From a bacterium (GTDB lineage: Bacteria > Zhuqueibacterota > Zhuqueibacteria > Oceanimicrobiales > Oceanimicrobiaceae), in the NCBI GenBank assembly GCA_037446635.1, contig JBBIIG010000086.1, positions 1 through 14,783 on the forward strand: a DNA stretch of 14,783 nt, written 5' to 3'. This document shows, in pieces, positions 1 to 7,711 of the stretch. The notes beneath the pieces were generated by a model. It saw nothing but the letters and a program-made list of their open reading frames with translations. It was not told the origin of the DNA and did not search any database. Made by a program: the position numbers and the translations under genes. Positions within the stretch are counted from its first letter, which is position 1; each line of letters opens with the position of its first letter.

Positions 1-1187
1 GAGGCGTTGATGGCCGGCAGCAGCGCGTTTAGTTTTCTTTTGGCTTGCGGATTAGCAGAATCGAGCTCAAGAATTTTGGTGAGGGCAATGGCGGCCAATC
101 CGAAATCGCCCTGTGATGTAAATTTATTGGTGAGGACAAACAGGGAGTCGATTAAAATGCGATCGCGCGCCAGTTTTTTGTCAATCGCTTTCACCAGCGC
201 CTGGGTGGTCGCCGAAGCGGAATCGGCCAATTCAAAAAACAGATACTTGCGCAGCTCGCGCGCCGCGCCGCGGTAGTTGCCGTCTTTAAAATATTTGTAT
301 CCGCGTTCGTAATAGGGTTGCGCCAAAGACGAGGGCGCTGGACTGATGCGTGCGCCCAGCGTCAGCACGAAGCGCTCGGAATCTGTTGAATAGCTGAAAT
401 TGAAGAGGAAATTATCGTGAGTATAACTCACCCCAACGCCGACTTTGTCAACATCCAAATCTTCGACGCCGCTGAACACCGTGATCTTCGGCACCGCCTC
501 GAAACCCAGGCCCAGGTGGTTGCTATCTTCCCCCTGGCGGAAATGATGGCCGGTATTGATCAACAGCCCGACAGAAGGAAACAAAAAACTCCACCCCACT
601 TTTGCAGAGGGATCGAAAAAATCGTTGCCCAGAGGAAGATTGTGGATGGTAAGGCCAATATTCATGCGGTCGAATAAATGCGGCGTGGCTATTTCGTTCC
701 ACCTGTGCGCAAGTGTGCCGACGCCGGGATTTCCCCAAAAAAATGCTGCGCCGGCGGTGGCAAACCACTCTTCTTCTAATTTGGAAAGGCTGAAATCCAT
801 GCCCACAGAAAATCGTTCAACTATTTTCAGGCCCCAGGCGAAGGTGCCGCGATCAATGGTAGCGCTCTCGATGGGCATACTGGCCAGAGCCAGGCCGATG
901 GCGCCGTACAACGGCACGAACTGCGTGACGCCGACGAAATTAAATTCAAAGGGCTCGTTGAAACTGAGGAGCATTTGGCGGTCGCGAAACCCGGAGAGAA
1001 TGGCCGGGTTCCAAAAAATCGCCGAGGGGTCGCGGGCTTGCGTCACCAACGATCCCCCCAACCCCACGGCGCGGGCGCCCGGACGGAAGTTATCAAATGC
1101 GGACTGGGGAGTGCTAAATGACGGCAAGAAAAGCAGGGCAATCCCCGTAAAAATGACGACGAGGATTTTCCGTTGGGTGCGGCTCAC
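1..1187 (-). CDS. PorV/PorQ(FadL)-like outer-membrane beta-barrel protein with C-terminal TPR-like helices; 3' end runs off the window
   Basis: Absent from the ORF track because there is no stop in the window. Manual translation from GTG at 1187 is open for 395 codons. It starts MSRTQRKILVVIFTGIALLFLPSFSTPQSAFDNFRPGARAVGLGGSLVTQARDPSAIFWNPA: a signal-like N-terminus plus the GARxxGxGG...DxSAxFWNPA motif of the FadL/PorV hatch. Amphipathic strands end ...FNFSYSTDSERFVLTLGARIS, followed by TPR-like YYERGYKYFKDGNYRGAARELRKYL and AAIALTKILELDSANPQAKRKL. The start overlaps the cyclase stop (GTGA). Confidence 0.88.
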   Translation of the reverse strand, partial: MSRTQRKILVVIFTGIALLFLPSFSTPQSAFDNFRPGARAVGLGGSLVTQARDPSAIFWNPAILSGFRDRQMLLSFNEPFEFNFVGVTQFVPLYGAIGLALASMPIESATIDRGTFAWGLKIVERFSVGMDFSLSKLEEEWFATAGAAFFWGNPGVGTLAHRWNEIATPHLFDRMNIGLTIHNLPLGNDFFDPSAKVGWSFLFPSVGLLINTGHHFRQGEDSNHLGLGFEAVPKITVFSGVEDLDVDKVGVGVSYTHDNFLFNFSYSTDSERFVLTLGARISPAPSSLAQPYYERGYKYFKDGNYRGAARELRKYLFFELADSASATTQALVKAIDKKLARDRILIDSLFVLTNKFTSQGDFGLAAIALTKILELDSANPQAKRKLNALLPAINA

Positions 1188-2596
1188 AGCAGGATGTCCC
1201 GATCGTAATCAACTTCACAAACTTCGATGGCCTGCGACCGGCCTTTGACTGAAACGGATTTCAAGCGCGAAGTGGGATACGAGCCGTTGACTTTGTGAGC
1301 CAGCTCCAGGGACGTGATGATTTGCCCGGCCTTGGCGGCGGCGCAAAGCCGGGCGGCCACGTTCACCACGTCGCCGATGACCGTGTAGTCCATGCGGTTG
1401 GCCGACCCCATGTGCCCCATGACGGCCATGCCGTTGTTAATGCCGATGCCGATCTCCAACGTGGCTAGGCCGGCGGCGCTGCGTTCCTGATTCAAGGTGC
1501 GGATTTGGCGCTGGATTTCCACCGCCGCACGCAGCACGTTGTCGGCCATGCCGCGCCCCTGAAAAATCGCCATGATTTGGTCGCCCATAAATTTATCGAC
1601 GATGCCGTGGTGGCGCTCGATGATGCGGGTTTGCAAATCGAAATAGATGTTGATGAGTTTGACGATATCCTCTGGTTCGAGCATCTCCGCGATGGCAGAA
1701 AAGTTGCGCACGTCGCAAAACAGCACCGCCACGTTACGCCTACTGGCCTTGATATCTTTGCCGCGCGTGCGCACGGTATCTTTGATCATGTCCACCGTGA
1801 GTTTGGACATGAATTTTTGCATGTGCCATTTTTCGCGGAGCTGCTGAATCATGCTGTTAAATTCGTTCGCCAGCGATCCCAACTCGTCCTTGGTGTTGAC
1901 GGAAATCTGCACGTTCAAATTGCCGCTGCCCACGGCGCGTGCACCGTTGGACAACAGTTGAATTTGCCGCGCCATTTTGCGGGCGATCAGGTAAATCCCA
2001 ATGCTGGAAAATAAAATGATAAACATCGCCGTGCCGATGGCTACTTTGCTGGCATCTTTCATCGGCGCAAAAATTTCATCTTTGGAAAAAAGAAAATACA
2101 TCGTGCCAAGCGTGTCCGTCCTTACCGTCTGTCCGTAAACCTGGCGAGTGATGATCTTAGAAGCATAATAATAATCGCCGCGCGCATTTTCTTTCAACTC
2201 GTTAAGAGAAACGATCGTTTTTTTTATGTTGGGAACGACTTCGTTTTCCGGGTGATTGACGATCAAATCGTCGTCGCGATTCCAAATCGCAAACTGCCGG
2301 AAGCCGTCAATGCTACTTTTTTGCAGCAGCCGCAACGCCACTTCTCGGACTTTGTCATATCGTTTAAACAACATGTGCTCTTCGAGCGATACCGCCAGAT
2401 TTTGCACCAGCACCTGGCACATTTGAGTGGTGCGCTTCTTAATAGCATATTGCTGATTTAAAAGGACGATCACACTAAAAACGCTCATCACCAGCAGCAC
2501 AATGGCGCCGATGATCACGGTCAGCTTGTAACGGATCGGAAAGCAACTGAAGAGCTCGAGGCTTTTTCGCCAGAGCGCGGCCATCCTAAAACGCAT
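1184..2596 (-). CDS. Membrane-bound class III adenylate cyclase (TM - extracytoplasmic domain - TM - HAMP - cyclase)
   Basis: TM1 LTVIIGAIVLLVMSVFSVIVLL, TM2 VAIGTAMFIILFSSIGIYLIA, HAMP ...KDELGSLANEFNSM. Catalytic motifs LFCDVRNFS, DKFMGD, GIGINNG and DYTVIGDVVNVAARL; the Lys/Thr pair indicates an ATP-specific class IIIb type. Start is uncertain: ATG at 2596 or 2584, and the frame stays open to TTG at 2797. Confidence 0.92.
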   Translation of the reverse strand: MRFRMAALWRKSLELFSCFPIRYKLTVIIGAIVLLVMSVFSVIVLLNQQYAIKKRTTQMCQVLVQNLAVSLEEHMLFKRYDKVREVALRLLQKSSIDGFRQFAIWNRDDDLIVNHPENEVVPNIKKTIVSLNELKENARGDYYYASKIITRQVYGQTVRTDTLGTMYFLFSKDEIFAPMKDASKVAIGTAMFIILFSSIGIYLIARKMARQIQLLSNGARAVGSGNLNVQISVNTKDELGSLANEFNSMIQQLREKWHMQKFMSKLTVDMIKDTVRTRGKDIKASRRNVAVLFCDVRNFSAIAEMLEPEDIVKLINIYFDLQTRIIERHHGIVDKFMGDQIMAIFQGRGMADNVLRAAVEIQRQIRTLNQERSAAGLATLEIGIGINNGMAVMGHMGSANRMDYTVIGDVVNVAARLCAAAKAGQIITSLELAHKVNGSYPTSRLKSVSVKGRSQAIEVCEVDYDRDILL

Positions 2597-2812
2597 TTTG
2601 CGGACGGCCCTTTTGCTAATGGGGGCTGTGGGACTGCTGATTACTCTCGGAGTCGCATTCGTAGAAACGAATTTGTTTTGGGGTCGATTTGTTGGTCGCA
2701 CCGTAGTCAAGAACGTCTGATGTTGCAGTTTACAAATTAGTGAATTAAGTCCCCAACTCACCCTGGCACGAGAAAAATGATAGACGGTCCCTGTCAACGA
2801 GAAGGCATCGTT

Positions 2813-3100
2813 TTACTCGTTGGTCGTTTCTTCTATTTGTATGCTCTCAATTTTGAATTTTGATTGGTCTTCACGAACCAGATCATTAAAATAATATAAT
2901 AGAAAAAGCAGTATGATTACAAAAAATATTTTGGCGCGCAAGGATCGCGGGGAAGAGGGCGGGCGCCGCGTCAACCTGCGAAACTGAATGCGCGGCGTGG
3001 GCTCGTCACTATGCTCGGCGTCCTTGCTGGGGTCATAATAATAGGGCGTGAACGTAAACCGACGCGCCTGACTTTTTGCAAACAAACTCTGAAAAAACAT
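2813..3100 (-). CDS. Small single-pass membrane protein of unknown function (95 aa)
   Basis: ATG start; RRFTFTPYYYDP and RIQFRR motifs followed by the hydrophobic segment IFFVIILLFLLYYF. Lies just downstream of a sigma70-like promoter. Confidence 0.75.
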   Translation of the reverse strand: MFFQSLFAKSQARRFTFTPYYYDPSKDAEHSDEPTPRIQFRRLTRRPPSSPRSLRAKIFFVIILLFLLYYFNDLVREDQSKFKIESIQIEETTNE

Positions 3101-3162
3101 CTAAAACCTAACGAGTAATTACCATCAACCCGTGATTTTAAGAGAAAAATTTCAAACGTCAA

Positions 3163-3190
3163 AATTTAAAAGAATCGCGCTAATTGTCAA
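3163..3190 (-). promoter_or_regulatory. Putative sigma70 promoter for the left minus-strand block
   Basis: Minus strand TTGACA (3190-3185), 16-nt spacer, TAAATT (3168-3163), in the AT-rich divergent intergenic region. Confidence 0.55.
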
Positions 3191-3231
3191 GCTTTCAAGG
3201 CAATTTTTTTTCTTCAGCCAAAAATTCACTG

Positions 3232-3260
3232 TTGCTTATCGAAAGCTGAATGTTTATTTT
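3232..3260 (+). promoter_or_regulatory. Putative sigma70 promoter for mazG
   Basis: TTGCTT (3232-3237), 17-nt spacer, TATTTT (3255-3260), ending 7 nt before ATG 3268. Confidence 0.45.
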
Positions 3261-3267
3261 GCAACCC

Positions 3268-4113
3268 ATGAACCAAGAAAAAAACTCCGATCTCGCAGAA
3301 AAGTTTCAAACCCTGGTGGATATCATGGCGCGGCTGCGGGGGGAAAACGGCTGCCCGTGGGACAAGGAACAAACCCACCAGAGCCTGCGCCAATATTTGC
3401 TGGAAGAAGCCCACGAAGTTTTGGAAGCCATCGATGAAAACGATCACCTGGCCCTGAAAGAAGAATTAGGCGATCTGCTGCTGCAGGTGATTTTTCACGC
3501 CCAGATTGCGTCGGAAAATGGACGCTTTGATATCGCCGGGGTGATCGATATCATCCGCGAGAAACTGATCCGCCGCCATCCCAATGTTTTTGGGGAGGTG
3601 AAGATCAACTCCGCGAAAGAGCAGGTCATCAATTGGGAGAAGCTCAAAAAACAGGAGGGCAAAACCTCGGCGCTGGATGGCGTGCCAAAGGCGCTGTCGT
3701 CGCTGCTGCGGGCGTATCGCATTCAGCAAAAGGCGGCGGCGGTGGGATTCGACTGGCCGGCGGTCGAACCTGTTTGGGATAAAATTCGCGAGGAGATCGA
3801 GGAGCTGCGCCAGGCTTCTGAAAATGGCGAGCCCGATCAATTAGAGGAAGAATTCGGCGATTTGCTGTTCTCGCTGGTGAACGTCTCGCGCTTTCTGGAA
3901 ATCAATCCGGAAGATGCCCTGCGCCGCACCGTCGAGAAGTTCATCGCGCGCTTTAATAAATTAGAAGAAGAGTTTGCGCGCCAGAAAAAGGATTTGCGCC
4001 AGGCTTCGCTGGAGGAAATGGACGCGGTGTGGGAAGGAATCAAAAAACAGGAGCAGTTGGATTCAAAACTTTGGACTGCGCAAGCCATGCCTGCGCCCGA
4101 GGCGGGAGATTAA
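3268..4113 (+). CDS. mazG: Nucleoside triphosphate pyrophosphohydrolase MazG (tandem-domain type)
   Basis: LRGENGCPWDKEQT, YLLEEAHEV, EELGDLLLQV, KLIRRHPNVFG, IQQKAAAVGFDW, EEFGDLLF and MDAVW. Start placed at ATG 3268; the ORF track uses in-frame ATG 3250. Confidence 0.96.
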   Translation: MNQEKNSDLAEKFQTLVDIMARLRGENGCPWDKEQTHQSLRQYLLEEAHEVLEAIDENDHLALKEELGDLLLQVIFHAQIASENGRFDIAGVIDIIREKLIRRHPNVFGEVKINSAKEQVINWEKLKKQEGKTSALDGVPKALSSLLRAYRIQQKAAAVGFDWPAVEPVWDKIREEIEELRQASENGEPDQLEEEFGDLLFSLVNVSRFLEINPEDALRRTVEKFIARFNKLEEEFARQKKDLRQASLEEMDAVWEGIKKQEQLDSKLWTAQAMPAPEAGD

Positions 4114-4159
4114 ATCTCTAAACTTAGCCGGGCGACCCCACAGACCGAAGTTTCCGCAA

Positions 4160-4189
4160 CCCTTTCGTGCTGAGCGTAATCGAAACACG
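4160..4189. repeat. Possible degenerate single copy of a short REP-like dispersed palindromic element
   Basis: CCCTTTCGTGCTGAGCGTAATCGAAACACG has internal complementarity (CGTG/CACG, TTTCG/CGAAA). From memory it resembles dispersed bacterial repeats of the form TTCGTGCTGAGCGxAGTCGAAGCACG. Only one copy is present here. Confidence 0.3.
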
Positions 4190-4306
4190 CCAGTCCTCCC
4201 CATTTACTCCATTCCCAAGAATAAGAACCCCGACTTCAATTTTTCCAAAAATCAGGAATTTTGTGGTCCAAAAAATTTTGTGAGTGCGGAGACGGCCTCA
4301 TTTCAT

Positions 4307-4323
4307 TCGGCACTATGTTTGCA
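4307..4323 (+). promoter_or_regulatory. Putative sigma54 (-24/-12) promoter of the C10 protease gene
   Basis: TCGGCACTATGTTTGCA versus consensus YTGGCACGNNNNTTGCW. GG at 4309-4310 and GC at 4321-4322 have the exact 10-nt spacing; about 70 nt upstream of the ATG. SD GAGGAG at 4381-4386. Confidence 0.7.
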
Positions 4324-4394
4324 ATTTGAGTGAATCGCTCCATTCGATTTAATTTTTGAGATCAATGTGATTTTTTTTAAGAGGAGCGCCCGCC

Positions 4395-7300
4395 ATGAAA
4401 CGAACCGCTTGCCTCGTCTGTCTGATTTCAATCAGCTACTCCCTGCTCTATTCAGAAACAAAATCCGAGAACGAAATTCGAGAGGTTGCCAAAAATTTTC
4501 TGGCATATTATCAAGCCTTTGCTGCGCCCGTTGCTGAGTCGTCGCAGAATGTCAAAACCGTTCAGCCTTTGTTCGACCGCGCGGGAACGGAAACCGTTGG
4601 TTTTGTCGCCATCATCGAACCGAAGGGATTCATCATACTTTCGACAACTCAGGAACTGCCGCCGGTCCTCGCCTATTCTTTCCGGCAGGAATGGAACGCA
4701 GACACCAGCTCAGCGAACGAGTTTTACCAACTGCTAACAACCGATCTGAAGATGCGCAAACAAGCGCGCTCAGATTTGTCGCCAGAAGAAATCGCGCACA
4801 ACCAGAGTTTGTGGCAAAGCTATTTGAAGTCGCAAGACGCGGCCCTCAGCCGTTTTGCCTTTCGCCAGTGGCCAGCGCCGGGGGTAACGGCCACCGGCGG
4901 TTGGGTGGAGACCACCTGGCATCAATATTCGCCCTACAATAATTTCTGCCCCGTCGATGCGCAAACCAGCGCTCGCTCCCTGGTGGGATGTGTGGCCACG
5001 GCGCTGGCGCAAATCATCAACTACCACCGCTGGCTCGGCGACGCGGCGTTCGATGACAGCGACGCTTACAGTACGGCGACGCGCGGAATTATAATCGACG
5101 CGGACAGCACGCAGTGCGGCTTTCCTTCTTTCAATCGACTTAATGGTTATCTGACGAACTTGCAGCAAACATACCTTGATGGCGCACCGCTCGCCAACGA
5201 AGACCTGGCGGCCCTCAGCTTCGCCAGCGCGGTCAGCGTCAAAATGGATTTCACGAGCGACGTTTCGGGAGCCGACATGGCCGCCGTCATCCCGAGCGTT
5301 CTCGATAAATTCAGGTTCAACTCAGCACAACTCACCCCAAACCTGGCGGACGAAACCGCGACCGCTCACTTCTTCTACCGCCTGCAGGAAAATATGATGA
5401 ACGGCGAACCCGCCATCCTCGAAATCGGCTGGACGGCGTTTTTCAATTTGCACGCGGTGGTTTGCGATGGCTTCAACAGCGACGGCTTCTATCATCTTAA
5501 TTTCGGTTGGGGCAGCGGCTCGCCGGCCGTCATCACGGACGCCTGGTACCTGCTGCCCGACGGGATGCCGGCCGGTTATGAATTCGTCCTTTCCGCGGTG
5601 ACCGATATCCGTCCGGTCGCGGCGCCCGCGCCAGTGTTGACTTGCACCACCGACGAACTCTATCTCGATGCCAGCCCGGTGAACGAGGCGTCGCCGCTGA
5701 GCAGCTTCGTTTTGAGCAACGGCAGCGCTCAAACCATCACCATCGAATACATTGTGGCTTCGGAAAATTTTCTCGTCGGCGTAAGTCCGAGCAGTCTGGC
5801 CGACTCTATCGGCGTTCTGCTTTTGCCGCCCACCAGCGAGTTGACTCTGTATGCGCAGTGCAACCCGGACAGCGTGGGTCCATTCGAGGGCCAGGCTATT
5901 ATTTTTTCCTCCGCCGGAAATCCATTTTTGAATGTGCACCTGCGGGGCTTTGGTGTGCCGACCGGCGGAACGATCATCAACACCCTTTCGGGAAATTGGG
6001 GCAAAAGTGGTTCGCCGTATTATCTCTATCGCAGCGTGGCCGCCACGGGCGCGCGACTGGATATTCAAGCGGGCGCCGAAATCGTGGCGTTTGAACATTC
6101 TAGTATGACGATTGGGCCGGGGGTACGGCTGCGCGCCATTGGCGCCGAAACCGACTCCATCCGTTTCCGCGCCTGGGATAGAAACAAAGGCTGGGGCGGG
6201 ATCAAAATCTCCGGCAGCGGCGCCGATGACCAACTCTCCTATTGCGTCATCAGCGACTGCAAAAATCCCTGGAACGGCGGCGGACTATTCATTCAAAATG
6301 CTTCTCCGATCATTGAACACACACGCATCTCAAATAATCAGGCCACGTACGGCGCTGGACTCTATTGCGAAGCGGCGACGCCGATCATCCAATTTTGCGT
6401 GGTGGAAGGAAATCACGCGAGCGAAATCGGCGGCGCGTTTTATCTCGTGGATTCCGCGCCGCGGATTTCCAACACCCTCATCTACCAAAACCAAGCGGAA
6501 ACGAATTCCGCCTTTCTCTACTGCCATCGTTCCTCACCGACTTTCACCAACATCACCCTGCACAATAACATCGATGGCCAGTACGTTGGCGGCCTCATCT
6601 ATTTGGCCGCCGACACTCACCCGACGTTCATCAACTCGGTGCTGTGGTCAACTTTCGGGGATGGCAATTTGAACATCTTCATGGAGGAACGCAACACCCT
6701 CGAATTCCATTATTCGGATATTTACACCAGCCACCTCTACCAGGATTGGGGGATCGTGGGCCTCCCCTTTCAACAGAATGAAATCATCTGGGGAGAAGGA
6801 AACCTCGCCGCGCCGCCGCGGCTGATTTCCGAAAACAACAAAGTCTATGTGCCGCGCGACGGCGTCTCTCCCTGCATCGATGGCGGCGACCCGAGTGCGC
6901 TCTATTTTGACCGCGCAGATCCCCAGAATCCGGGATTTGCCCGGTGGCCGGCCAAAGGCACACTCAGAAACGACCTGGGGGCGTACGGCGGACCGTGGAC
7001 GGATATCCCGGTGCCGGTGGAGTTGACCACGTTTACGGCAGACGTCAAAGCCCGGGAAGTCGTGCTACTGTGGACCACCGCCACGGAATCCAACAACTAC
7101 GGCTTCGAGGTGGAGCGCCGTGAAGGGGATGATGCGTTTGCACGAATTGGTTTTGTCCGCGGCAATGGCACCACCACTCAGCCGCACAGCTATTCGTTCG
7201 TCGATAAAAATTCCAAACCCGGGCGATACAGCTATCGTCTGAGGCAAATCGACACGGACGGCGCGCTTCATTTCTCGCCCACCATTGACGTTGTCATTTT

Positions 7301-7586
7301 ACCGCCGCAGCGCTTTACATTATCGCAAAACTATCCCAATCCTTTTAACGCCAACACGAAAATCGAGTACGCGCTCCCGGAAAAGTCACACGTGCAAATT
7401 ATTTTGTACAACATCCGCGGCGAGAAAATCAAGACATTAGTGGCGGAAGAACAGGAGGCGGGACATCACACCGTCGCCTGGGACGGTGCCGACGAGCGCG
7501 GCCGGGTCGTTAGCTCCGGAGTTTACATCTTCAAAATGACGGCGGGTGGGTTTAGTGATTGCAAAAAGCTTTTGTTGCTGAGATAA
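4395..7586 (+). CDS. Secreted multidomain C10 (streptopain/SpeB-family) cysteine peptidase with Ig-like, right-handed beta-helix and T9SS-like/FlgD-Ig C-terminal domains
   Basis: Signal-like N-terminus; prodomain with PPVLAYS; WHQYSPYN (Gln177), VGCVATALAQI (Cys199), HAVVCDG (His353), YHLNFGWG. GGG/GAG/GGA beta-helix repeats; SPCIDGGDP...RNDLGAYGG; PVELTTFTA...WTTATESNNYGFEVER domain; SQNYPNPFN...WDG...SSGVYI...KKLLLLR C-terminal domain. Confidence 0.92.
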   Translation: MKRTACLVCLISISYSLLYSETKSENEIREVAKNFLAYYQAFAAPVAESSQNVKTVQPLFDRAGTETVGFVAIIEPKGFIILSTTQELPPVLAYSFRQEWNADTSSANEFYQLLTTDLKMRKQARSDLSPEEIAHNQSLWQSYLKSQDAALSRFAFRQWPAPGVTATGGWVETTWHQYSPYNNFCPVDAQTSARSLVGCVATALAQIINYHRWLGDAAFDDSDAYSTATRGIIIDADSTQCGFPSFNRLNGYLTNLQQTYLDGAPLANEDLAALSFASAVSVKMDFTSDVSGADMAAVIPSVLDKFRFNSAQLTPNLADETATAHFFYRLQENMMNGEPAILEIGWTAFFNLHAVVCDGFNSDGFYHLNFGWGSGSPAVITDAWYLLPDGMPAGYEFVLSAVTDIRPVAAPAPVLTCTTDELYLDASPVNEASPLSSFVLSNGSAQTITIEYIVASENFLVGVSPSSLADSIGVLLLPPTSELTLYAQCNPDSVGPFEGQAIIFSSAGNPFLNVHLRGFGVPTGGTIINTLSGNWGKSGSPYYLYRSVAATGARLDIQAGAEIVAFEHSSMTIGPGVRLRAIGAETDSIRFRAWDRNKGWGGIKISGSGADDQLSYCVISDCKNPWNGGGLFIQNASPIIEHTRISNNQATYGAGLYCEAATPIIQFCVVEGNHASEIGGAFYLVDSAPRISNTLIYQNQAETNSAFLYCHRSSPTFTNITLHNNIDGQYVGGLIYLAADTHPTFINSVLWSTFGDGNLNIFMEERNTLEFHYSDIYTSHLYQDWGIVGLPFQQNEIIWGEGNLAAPPRLISENNKVYVPRDGVSPCIDGGDPSALYFDRADPQNPGFARWPAKGTLRNDLGAYGGPWTDIPVPVELTTFTADVKAREVVLLWTTATESNNYGFEVERREGDDAFARIGFVRGNGTTTQPHSYSFVDKNSKPGRYSYRLRQIDTDGALHFSPTIDVVILPPQRFTLSQNYPNPFNANTKIEYALPEKSHVQIILYNIRGEKIKTLVAEEQEAGHHTVAWDGADERGRVVSSGVYIFKMTAGGFSDCKKLLLLR

Positions 7587-7599
7587 ACAAATTTTGGCA

Positions 7600-7634
7600 T
7601 GGCACTACGCTTATTCGGGAAGGGAGCGGTGCCA
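7600..7634. terminator. Stem-loop just after the protease stop; possible terminator or RNA-stabilising hairpin
   Basis: TGGCAC-ta-CGCT ... AGCG-GTGCCA complementary arms in a convergent intergenic region; no clean U-tract. Confidence 0.35.
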
Positions 7635-7666
7635 AATTAATTCCCAGAATGAGTCCAACCGGGTCG

Positions 7667-7711
7667 AGAGCCATCGTCAATATCCATAGAGATTTGGCGA
7701 TGGTTTTACTT
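7667..7711 (+). terminator. 14-bp hairpin, probable plus-strand terminator
   Basis: AGAGCCATCGTCAA (7667-7680) pairs with TTGGCGATGGTTTT (7694-7707) using three G-U pairs that form only on the plus strand; T-rich 3' end (TTTTACTT). Confidence 0.5.

Noticed and set aside
7..1248. Plus-strand ORFs 7..276, 417..677, 556..1248 and minus-strand ORF 523..768
   Set aside because: Shadows of the real minus-strand barrel-TPR gene; no recognisable motifs.
1505..2461. Short ORFs overlapping the cyclase
   Set aside because: Antisense or alternate-frame shadows of a well-supported gene.
3974..4333. 119-aa plus-strand ORF overlapping the mazG 3' end
   Set aside because: Overlaps mazG out of frame, runs through the promoter region and has no protein-like features.
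4364..4382. TGTGA half-site suggesting a CRP box near a cyclase locus
   Set aside because: The second half-site (TCACA) is absent; the sequence reads TGTGA-TTTTTT-TTAAG.
5322..6672. Long alternative ORFs inside the protease gene (303 aa minus; 150 and 186 aa plus)
   Set aside because: Expected from GC-rich codon bias; Arg/Gly/Pro-rich with no motifs.
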